A stretch of 34,213 bases of DNA. Source: Blastocystis sp. subtype 4. Lineage: Eukaryota. The notes below the pieces were generated by a model that had not been told where the DNA came from, ran no database searches, and saw only the letters and a list, made by a program, of their open reading frames with translations. Positions 24,101 through 33,919 of this stretch are shown here, in pieces. The DNA is taken from contig NW_014569452.1 of the NCBI RefSeq assembly GCF_000743755.1, forward strand, positions 1 to 34,213, given 5' to 3'. Positions within the stretch are counted from its first letter, which is position 1. Every line of letters begins with the position of its first letter. Both the position numbers and the translations under genes were made by a program.

Positions 24101-27100
24101 GAATGAAACCAGGCTTCACTCGTACTAACACGTTGACAAACAGGACAATAGAATAGTCAGGTTCTAACAAGACTCGTAATGATCTCACTTCGTCAAATAG
24201 AACTGTTGTGTTAATTAGAGACTCATCCGAATTCAACCCTTTGTCTTCATTCAATCGTTTGACAATGTTTTCCAATCGACGTTCTAAGGCTTCTTGAGCT
24301 CGTCTTCTTCCCTTCCGCTTGCATACTCGGATGTCTCGAAGCAGTTTCTCCTTCTATTCATCACATCATCTTACTGTGCTTACGCTGCTCTCCAAGTGTT
24401 CTCGCTCATTACTGTTAAGACCATTCGCACTTCGGCTAGTTCGACGAATCTCCACCAAGCACTCCAATCCATCACATTTTTGCCCCTCATATGAACAGAA
24501 ACACGATTCACATTCAATCAAATACTGCAGATCTCGAGTTGCCGTATTCTGGATTTTCAAAATTCCTTTGGTTTTTGCATTCATTGCAAAAGTATCCAGA
24601 TTAATTGGAATCTCTGAAAGAATGGCAAAAGTGATTTCTTGTGACACAAAAGCCTTGACAATAAATGTGAGAGACTTCACTCCATTCAGAAGGTTGAACA
24701 CTCGAATCGTTCCCTATTCTCAACTCTACTCCTCACTCCTACAGCAAATTCTCCAGGTACTGATGGCTCTAATACCACTCTCATAACACCAGTACTACGA
24801 GGTGGAACCAATAACTCTTGCTGGTCTTTCTCTACTGCTAAATTATAGTTTATTGATTGCTGAATCAGAAGAGGAACTGCCAAACAACACTAAATGAAAC
24901 TCTCACATGAAATTCCCAACCTCATTACGAATACGAATCAACTTTTCATATCGTTTCTTGGTAAACAGCTTACCGAAATGAAGATGAGTTTGAGGGGTCG
25001 TCAAGAGACAATCTATCTGGATTTCAGTCACAAGACACACATATACTCGCTCACAAACACATACACACTTCGTGATCCAACTCTCTGCATCCTTCATTCT
25101 CTCTGGAATCTTCTGAGTTCCAGTACTTACGTGAGGAGGAGTGAGATTCTGTCGTGACCCCTTCACCTCTCGTTTTACAATTGGCAGTGAGATGCTGTCG
25201 CTCACTCCAATCACTTCCTCACTATCCACCTCATTCCCGAACAGAAACGAAGATGAAGAAGTAGGCAGTGTTCGGACACGCACTGGAGATGTAGAGGCAG
25301 AAAAACGGGAATTTGAGAATAGGAACGAAGGTGGAGAAGGAAGCAAATGATGACATGAAAACTCCAATTCCAGTTCCTGTGGCAATAATGGCATCTCTTC
25401 AGTAGGAGAGAAGATGACATACATCTATCAAATTAGCTTCAATTTCTGGAATTACTAAAACCTGCCCTGATTCGGGAAGACTTATAGGACCCTGCTGGCG
25501 CTGCGATATCTCCTTTAGACGGTTCAGAATCGAAATACGTATCTTTCTCTGCTTCTCATACGATAACTCTGATTCCATCTACATGTCAGAAAAAGAGGCG
25601 ATTTCTACAGTCCCATTAATCCACCTTACAACTGTATTCACATCCTTCAGATCCAATGTGATAAACCCTTGTTCCTTTTGACCGAAATCGCCAGAATTTT
25701 CTCCTTCACTTTGTCGACTAAATGCAGGTGAGATATCGACTTGAGATTGAGATCGAATCCGATGTTGGGAGTTTCGGAGATCGATTGAAGAGGAACGATG
25801 CATGAAAGACAGATCCGAAGATTCTATAGCTTCGCTTCCAGTTGAATAACCACTATGAAGATATGCAGGAGAGAGTGATTCAGAAAGTGTGACAGGTGAA
25901 GTGACTCCTGGTGAGTCATATGAACCATCTTCAGCAGCCACTGCTAGAGTGTCCAGATTCAATGAATCCATGATCTTCTTATGTTTCTCATCACTATCAG
26001 ATCCAATATGAATAGTCTAGAGAAATACACACCAACTTCTCCTACGATAGAATAATCATCCAAATCATCCAACCAACAAACATGAAGAAATGAGACACAT
26101 GAAGTCGATAAGCTGATTGGACAAGGCTTCTCGTTTTGAATAAGAACTCCCTGAATACTGGTTCCACCACTCACAACCTGACCTAACTGAAGTCTTTCAC
26201 ATGGTTCATTTGTCACAGGGTCCAACAGAGAAATAGCATTATGCAGTGAGTCAGGAGACTGTTGAATATCTGCCAGAATCTTGGAATGACAGAAACAAGA
26301 TAGATTTACGTCACAACGCAATACTTTGACAGGTTCAGCATCCAAATTGATCAAGTCAATGTAATTAGCATAATGATGCTTGTGTGTTTTGGCTCGATAT
26401 TCCACCGGAATCGAGACTGCACCTTTTTCTGGAATTATCAAAGAATACGCTATTTCTGGAATAGGTCGATGAAGGAGTTGTTGAATACGAAGTAATTCAC
26501 TAGAAGGTAACGCTGTAAGGAGATCGGATGGATAAGTGAGAGAAGAAGCTCCACATGCAAGAACAAGATGAACAGGCAAGGCGGACTGAGGTTCACATAT
26601 GACCACAAAGCTTACCTTGTTCATAATCACCCATTCTCGTGTATAACACTCGTCACTATGACACTGACCAAAGTAGATCTGAGAGGCTGCTTCCACTTCA
26701 CATCCACAATAACTCGCATGACAAAACAGACTAATTTCACCGTATTCCCGCGGGGATCGTAACTCAAAGAGAAGATAGAAAATATCATGGTAAAGTTGTA
26801 ACCAATCAGAAGAATTGGGATCCCCCGCAGAATTGTAATACACACAGATTCGATAGGAGGAATGCGAAACAACACGTACTTCAGTAACTGGCTTCTCCAC
26901 AGGATCAGAGCTCTCTGTCGAGTATTCTCCAACTGTTTCTCGCTCATCCTCCTTGCAAACCACTGTTTCCTCAGTATTGACCTTTGCCGTAAAAATCACT
27001 TTCTTCCCGCGGTTTGACTTGGGTTTGACAGTAACATCATATTCACTGTTGTTAGTGATAAACAACTCTCTCATCACACTATGACCATCAAAACAACCTC

Positions 27101-28260
27101 CAAAATCAAATATCAACCCTTTAGTTGTCAATGGTCTTCCAGGAGCCATTGAGAAAAATACATCTTGCTGTTTGATTGCTTTGGTGGTAAGCTACATGAA
27201 ATAACTAGAATTCAAAATACAGTCAGAATTGTCAATTCCACAGTATCGAGGAAATTTGTTTCATTGATGATACGCATTGGAATCTCATAGTAACCTGTCT
27301 GGAGAGGTTGAATACGAATAACAATCTTCTTCCTCTCCTTTGCACGAAGTATGACAGGATCTGATAATAATCTGGAATGACAGAAAAAAGGTTCATTCTT
27401 ACTTAAAATCCGTTTCACTTTCGGTAAAGACAGAACATACATAAGAACTATTCTGAATGGTTTCAACAGAAAAGGCACTAGGAAAAGGAGAGAGATTGGT
27501 CACAGCAATCTCACGATCATATAACATGCCAACATGGAGGTCATTTAGATACAAACGCTTGTTTGAAGAAGCAATAGATGATAAACAGGTTGAAAAATGG
27601 ATAGGAACAGCGAGATCAGAAGAATCATGACATGGAAGAGCTGTAAAACAATGAAATGAAAGAAGACACTCTTCTGAAAGAATAGAAATGGTAGAATCTT
27701 GATCTGACTCCTCATCACTATCGGAGAAGACAGACATATCACACATCTCTCCAGAATTCTTTGCCTTTAGAAACTCTGGAGTCACCGTGAGGATCAGGAG
27801 TAAACGCTTCTTTTCTCCCTTCTTCAAGTCCACTCTTTCAACTTCATAGAGTTGTGAGTACAGTTCATTGGGTCTTCGAGCAAAACGAAAAACAGGACAT
27901 TGAGAAAAGTCGTCTAGGATTCATGTTCCAAACCACCTTCTTACAATCAAGAATCGAACAGTTTGGATTCTCTTTTTCAATACGAAGTTCTATTCCAGGA
28001 GAAGAAGAAGTAAACTTAGGTTCCACGAAAATATCCTTATCACATATGTTTTCGATCACAATTTCTCTTCCAGTTGGTCTTTACATTAGGATCCCTTTCC
28101 ATGTCCCATACATTCCATAACTGTAAACATCTCCAAAGTTAATTGATTCTTCCGATCCTTCAATCCGGATCATACTATCCAACTGACGAACCGTGAACGA
28201 ATAAGGAATGCCGATTTGTTGAAAATCCAGAGGAGTTTGGGAATTATGATATTCAAACAT
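18190..28260 (-). CDS. Giant (~3000 aa) protein with many tandem ASH/MSP/PapD-like Ig-fold domains; no genomic stop at the predicted end
   Basis: Recurrent h-x-FG-x(8-10)-h-x-h-x-N-x-S motif (INFGDVY, FDFGGCF..LFITNNS, IYFGQC..WVIMN, LHFGKL..IRIRN, DINLGEF..LTLLNST). The junctions I checked (near 28080, 27875, 27370, 27190, 26020, 25580, 25425, 24890, 24036, 20360, 18320) all join in frame via 25-33 nt GT-AG introns. Start position is approximate. Confidence 0.7.
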
Positions 28261-28349
28261 TTTCTGCAATTCCAAAACTTACTATAATTCATTCCTTTCC
28301 TAAACTAATTCATATTTCGTTGACTCCGTTGTCTTGGGATAGAATAATC

Positions 28350-29447
28350 ATGAGTCGTATGCCAGTAGAAGTATTCAATGAATTGCGCAAGATGCCTGGA
28401 AATAGTGTTTGTGTCAATTTGTCTTTTCTGAATGTAGGTTTGCGCCGACTGTGGAGCAGCAAGACCTCAGTGGGCATCTGTATCATATGGTACGTTTATT
28501 TGCTTGAGTTGCTCGGGGAAGCATCGAGGTTTGGGAGTCCAAAATGGTTGGATATTGTGATCTCTAGGTTCATGTGAGCTTTGTACGTTCAGTTCAAATG
28601 GATTCGTGGACAGATAAGGAGATTAAGGCAATGAAGGAAGGCGGCAATCAGGCCTTATTAGATTTTTTCGACAAATACAATATTCCTAGAGATGTTCCAA
28701 TTGAAAAGAAGTATAATTCTGCTGCTGCAGAATTATATCGCGAAATGTATTAGTTCTCAAGATATTTCATGTAGAATCAAAGCAAAAGTAGACGGAAGAG
28801 AACCTCCAACGGAACTGCCTCGCCCATTGGAAGACTTTTCGCATTTTGAGTACTAGAAGGTTTGTTGATTCATGTAAAGAACGTCCAGTGGAGCTGCAGA
28901 AGCGCATATGCAACAAGAAGCACAAGAACGATTGAATGCCAAGTTTGGAGAAGAAGGCCTTGCTCATCAAGTATGGGTGATTAACTGCGATGAAAGCTAG
29001 TCTATGGGGTCTACTCCTGTTGAACCAGATGTGAATCCTTTGGGAGTTGACATTGCAAAGACAGTTGATGAGTAGGAAAGGACTTGGTTGGTTACCCTTA
29101 GTTTGACAAAAACCCTTACGGATATGGGAGCAGGAGTGGTGAAAACCATCAAAGAATCAAAGATCACAGAAAGTATTGGGAATGGTGTCCAAACAGTAAA
29201 AGAGAAGTTAACAGATCCAAATCTCCAGAATGAGATTCGAGATGGTGTTCAAAATGGTAAGTGAAAGTGATTATGTTGAAGAATAGGATGGAACTGGCTT
29301 TCAGGCACGGCAATATCTCTATGGAATACTGCAAGAGATACAGCAAGTTCAATTGCTGCAGAATTCATGGAAGAAGAACATGTTCCTAATGATCAACCTG
29401 CTGGAGGTACTATTCCACCTAGCAAGAGTAGTAATGATTTACAATGA
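28350..29447 (+). CDS. ARFGAP1: ADP-ribosylation factor GTPase-activating protein 1 (Gcs1/ArfGAP1 type); missed by the ORF track
   Basis: Removing 31-nt introns 28407-28437 and 28537-28567 gives [50 protein letters not shown], then [13 protein letters not shown]-terminal ALPS-like [17 protein letters not shown] at 29445-29447. Confidence 0.9.
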
Positions 29448-29451
29448 ATTG

Positions 29452-29467
29452 TATTTGTTAATAAACA
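29452..29467. terminator. Back-to-back variant polyadenylation elements of two convergent genes (TATTTGTT on +, TGTTTATT on -)
   Basis: Each element has one mismatch to TGTTTGTT and lies exactly 4 nt past the end of its coding sequence. Confidence 0.7.
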
Positions 29468-29471
29468 GAAG

Positions 29472-31044
29472 ACAGATATAATCCCTCAGGTTCCTTTGAT
29501 TTCTTCCTAAAGAGAGTTTTCTTCTTTGCTTCTTCGAAATCAGCCATATTTACCTTCATTCTCCTCTCTTTTAATGCCATCATACCTGCTTCCATACAGA
29601 TTGACTACAGCTCATTCTCTAATTCCTCTCCTACTCGGATATCAGCTCCTGATAAGTCATCCTTAGCTTCAATAAAAGCATCCAAATTCACATCCAGATC
29701 CAAACTCATCTTACTCTAATCATCATTAAGCATTCCTTCTCTCACCGTATGAATACTGAAAATACGACGTTTTGCTTCTGTATCTGGCAGAGGAAGCTTA
29801 ATCTTACGATCAATACGACCAGGACGTAACAAAGCAGGATCCAATGTATCAATTCGATTTGTTGCCATGATCACTTTCACATCGCCACGGTCATCAAATC
29901 CATCCAATTGGTTCAACAGTTCCAACATCGTACGTTGCACTTCACGTGCACCTGACGAATCTGCATCATATCGTTTCGTACCAATCGAGTCTATTTCATC
30001 AATGAAGACAATTGAAGGAGCCAAATCCTTTGCTGTACTGAAAATATCTCTCACAAGTTTTGGACCTTCTCCTGCATACTTCTGAATCAGTTCACTTCCC
30101 ACAAGACGTAAAAATGTAGCAGATGTCTTATTGGCTACTGCTTTTGCTAACAATGTCTTGCCTGTACCTGGTTCACCATAGAGAATAACTCCCTTGGGGG
30201 GTTTCACTCCTATTTCATCAAATAGCTCAGGATGGGTTAATGGTAATTCTACTGCCTCCTAAATGTGATCAGAAGAAGATAAACTGACTTTGATCTCCAT
30301 TATCTGTTCATCTAAACCACCGATGTCTGCGTAAGTTTCTTCAGGAGCCTTTTCAACACGCATAACATCGACAGAACTGCTTGTATTCTTTGGCACAATA
30401 CCAACGACGAAAAACGACTAGAAATTAGGAAAGGAAGAAATGGAGAACAATTGGATTTACAAGGACAGAACAGTTTGGTTCAAGGAGATCTCTGTCCACA
30501 AAGGAGGCAACACCAACTAGATATTGAAGAACACCTCGAAGACTGATAATAACGTGATCTTCATCGATAATCTCTTCAACCGTACAAATGTTCAGAGGAG
30601 ATCCTCGAATAGACTCAATCGTCAATTCATTCTCCTATTCGTCATAGAACCAATCAAAAGCATACATCTTTTCCTCCCTCAGACTTTTTGGCTTCGGATT
30701 TGTTTCTGACATATTCTGTTTCTATTTGCAAGTAATCATACACACGTTGTAGTTGCAATAATCTCAGTTTGCATTTCGTTGAAGGTAAAACTATACTTCA
30801 TCAACAAATCACCTCTCCAACTTGTTGGTATCTTATTAGCCAACCCAGCTCCTTGTTTGTTCTTCTTCAAAGCTCGAAGAGCCTTTTGACTCTTGGATTT
30901 CCCATCTTTCTATATCGTTTCATCATAAATTCGCTTTCCTACATCAATGTCTTCATCTTCCTCGGAATCACTATCCATGTCTCTCTTCTGCTTCTTCTCC
31001 TCTTCCTTCTTTACAATTTCTTCATTATGTTCCTCAACTTCCAT
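29472..31044 (-). CDS. RPT2: 26S proteasome AAA-ATPase subunit Rpt2 (S4); stop probably created by polyadenylation
   Basis: Motifs [55 protein letters not shown] and [10 protein letters not shown], plus the Rpt2-typical C-terminus PEGLYL. ATG at 31044; ~30-nt introns. Confidence 0.92.
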
Positions 31045-31162
31045 ATTTGAACTTTAACACGTAATCACGGAGGAAACAGTTGTATTATGAGAGAAATCAG
31101 TAAACATACAATACCGCGGGAATCAACAAGTATACGAAAACAAACATAGATAAGATAGGGAT

Positions 31163-31734
31163 ATGGAGAGTATCCTTGGATCGTCCTTCTATTGGTGATC
31201 TTCAAATGAATCCCTTGCATATCCCTTATTCTTTGAAACCCATTCTTTTCTTTCTTAATGCAAACTACAGACGACTGTCAGTATATTGAGCCTGATGCGA
31301 AGACGATGGAACTTCTGGACACTGGTGATGAGACCACAAGTCCCTCTGATAAGCTGAAGGAGGCCGGAAATACAATTAGTTCTTTCTTTCAAAAGGGTTG
31401 GAAGTCTCTAAAGAAGGGAGTTCAGACAACAAGTGAGCGAATCAAGGAGAGTGAAGTACGAATAGGATCGATTGACGATATTAGGTGGCTCAAAAGACGA
31501 CCGAGAAGATGCAGCAGGTGAAGAATAGCGACTTTGGAAAGAAGGTGGCAAGTACCACTACAAAGACGAAAGATGCTGTAAAGGATACCATGAAAAAGAG
31601 TGGGAAGGCGATTAAGAATGGGTATGAAAAGGTCAAGGAGTCTGAATTTGCCAAGAAAACAAAGCAGCATATGGATGATGTTAGACAGAAGTTTACGAAA
31701 CGATCCGCTGCTGTCCAATCCAGAGAATCTGTAT
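31163..31734 (+). CDS. Small Lys-rich hydrophilic protein with amphipathic helices, function unknown
   Basis: ATG 31163, intron 31170-31270 (U12-like) and intron 31456-31484 (29 nt) give MENDCQYIEP...SSFFQKGWKSLKK...QSRESV. An in-frame T at 31734 precedes the poly(A) element. Confidence 0.75.
31170..31270 (+). other. Predicted minor-spliceosome (U12-type) GT-AG intron, 101 nt
   Basis: 5' GTATCCTT; branch-site-like TTTCTTAAT at 31251-31259; CAG at 31268-31270. Splicing joins ATG GAG A to AC GAC TGT in frame. Confidence 0.7.
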
Positions 31735-31738
31735 CAAT

Positions 31739-31746
31739 TGTTTGTT
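31739..31746 (+). terminator. TGTTTGTT element defining a poly(A)-created stop
   Basis: GTA T-CAAT-TGTTTGTT; an in-frame T sits before a 4-nt spacer. Confidence 0.85.
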
Positions 31747-31797
31747 CCATCCACCAATAGAAATAGATTTGAGATATTATTGTATCTGCAACAAGAA

Positions 31798-33903
31798 TAG
31801 AAACTAAAGAAATCATCATTAAACCAGTCACTTTTAGATGTAGTCTGTGATGGACGTACAGGCTCAAACTGGAGCTTGAAATGAACAGAGCTACTAATAC
31901 CTACTTTGGACTTCCTTGAGAGAGAAGCAAGAGTGAGTCGATTTGGATGCTTCTAGGGATTAGTTCAGACTTTTACCATCACTTTCTGTTTCCGAAGCGG
32001 TGAAAAGGTTGTTTCTAGATATGAGATTATTCAATCATGTTTACTCTTTTTAGGAGTGTAGGATTCCATGAAGCAGGTAGTTTCCTTCTTCCATTGTGCC
32101 TGTTTTGTCGCAATCATATCTGTGTAATGGGATTGAATCTTTGCAATAATCTCTTTATTCTCTTTTTCTTTTCGTTGCATTGCCAATTCCAACTACAGTC
32201 ATAATACTCAATCATTACTCACAGAGTGGATTTCAGGATCATTGCCTACATCAATAGGTGTTGTTTGTAAACTATAGAGTTCTTTCTCTAATTGTCGTTT
32301 TCTATCGAATAGTCCTTTCATATCCTCATCTGTGATGCGACTCTCTTTAGAAGAACTGGAGAGCTTCTGTACTTCCTTCTCTATCTCTTCCTTCTCTTTC
32401 TTCATTGTTGATAATGCTTCTTCCAGTCTACTTGTCTCCAGTTCAGTTCCAAGTGATACACAATATGTTTCCAAATCCTTCCGTTTCTGTTTTAGATGTG
32501 TCAACATTTCCTGATTTCCAGCTCCTATTGTCTCTCGTACAACGCTTTCCTTCTCAAGAAGCGTTTGTTGCAGTTGAGTCGAACGTGTTGTGAGTGAATG
32601 AATGACTTCGAGGAGCTCAGCATGTTGTGATTTGATCCCTTCGTTCTCCTGTTGCAAAGCCAACACAGCTTTCGAATGTAATTCATACGTCGACTTGGTT
32701 TGTGTCCATTTGTCATGTACTCGAGTCATATCATTTGCTAGTTCCTTATGAATCATCGTTTTCTTCTCTTCTTCGTTCTTTGCTATGTCTATTTGAGTTT
32801 GGATTCCTTCAATATCCTTCTTAACCCCTTCTTGAGCCACTCTCTCTTCATTTTGCTGTTTCTTCACATCTTCCAGCTCATCCAACAGTATCTTCAATTC
32901 CTCCTCCTTCTTCTTTTGTTCATCATTTAATCTCTTCTTTTCCTGATCCCTCTTCTCTCTGAATTCTTCCAATTCTTTCCTCAATGACTCCAAGACACTC
33001 TTCTCTTGAAGGAGCTGGTCATTCTTTGCATGAATATCACTTTCTACTAATCATAGGTCTCTTCCTATCCCACCTAATCCTTCTGTTGCCTTCATCATCT
33101 GTTGCAAAACAATCTTAGCATCGTCAAGTTCCTTCTTCTGTTGAAGACTCTGGGACATTAACTGATCTATTTATCATCCACACCTTCCATATCTACCAAC
33201 TAGCTGCTTCATCTCCTCTTCGCTCTTTAAACATTCCTCCTTCTTGGCTTCCTGAGCGTGAATCTCGTTTTTCAGCTCTCCAATCAACGAATTTGCCTCA
33301 TCTCGTTCTTTTTGCTTCTCCTCGATCTTTGCATTGAACTCCAGAAGTACTGCTTTCATGGCTCTTGCCTGCTGCTCCTGGCTTTGTAGGACCGAGTGAA
33401 CTCTGCTGTACGTCTTCTTCAAGATTTCCAGCTTTGAAAAAAGTGATGTGATCAATTCATGAAGACTTCGTTCCACATGGGCAACCGATTCCAACTGTTG
33501 TGTCATCTCATTCACTTGATCTGTCTTTGCAGCAATCATTTCCTTCAGACGAGAGTTCTCGGTTTTGAGAGTAGCCAGAGACTTGATGAGGGTTTGGCGC
33601 TTCTCTATGTTCGTAAGAAAGAAGCCTATTGTACGTGTCATCTGCTGCAAGGACAACGCCTAGTTCATTATTCAACAGAATAGTCTATACAAGTTGATTA
33701 AGCTTCTGCGATGACATCCGTTGTTCCCTCATCATCTTTTCAGCATAATCCTTCAGCTCCAGAGACTCTTTTGTGGCTGTTCCACTCGGTACATGAGATG
33801 ATTTGTGAAGACTGAATCCAAGTCGACTCCCAGAATACAAACTCGATTGTCCTTGCTTTTTCAGAAAGTGTGATCTCGGCTTAATCGCAAGTTTGGATGA
33901 CAT
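31798..33903 (-). CDS. Long coiled-coil protein (~630 aa) with basic unstructured termini and an acidic-aromatic tail
   Basis: E/K/Q/L-rich heptad ORF fragments join through ~30-nt introns. Spliced C-terminus ...YTPKKKTTFSPLRKQK...SKSDWFNDDFFSF. Exact start and stop uncertain. Confidence 0.7.
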
Positions 33904-33919
33904 TTCAACGATTATGGTT

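Larger units (their letters stand above)
3878..31123. repeat. Dispersed short motif TTCCCGCGG(GAA), 9 sites
   Basis: Sites at 3878, 17608, 18601, 19697, 21745, 21899, 26745, 27004 and 31112. The full palindrome TTCCCGCGGGAA occurs at 18601-18612 and 19697-19708. Confidence 0.85.

Noticed and set aside
26075..26082. Sense-strand TGTTTGTT inside the giant gene as a gene boundary
   Set aside because: The base 5 nt upstream is C, so no stop would be created, and the frame continues via a 29-nt intron. Antisense copies at 12411 and 30854 also lie inside genes, so the motif alone is not sufficient.
7479..28260. Fragmented ORFs interpreted as pseudogenes or an alternative genetic code
   Set aside because: The breaks I checked resolve with ~30-nt introns under the standard code.
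3738..33683. Many short antisense or alternate-frame ORFs in the track (e.g. 3802-4239, 22672-22989, 30769-31050, 31490-31867)
   Set aside because: They are shadows of real genes, often start at non-ATG codons, and show no recognisable domains.
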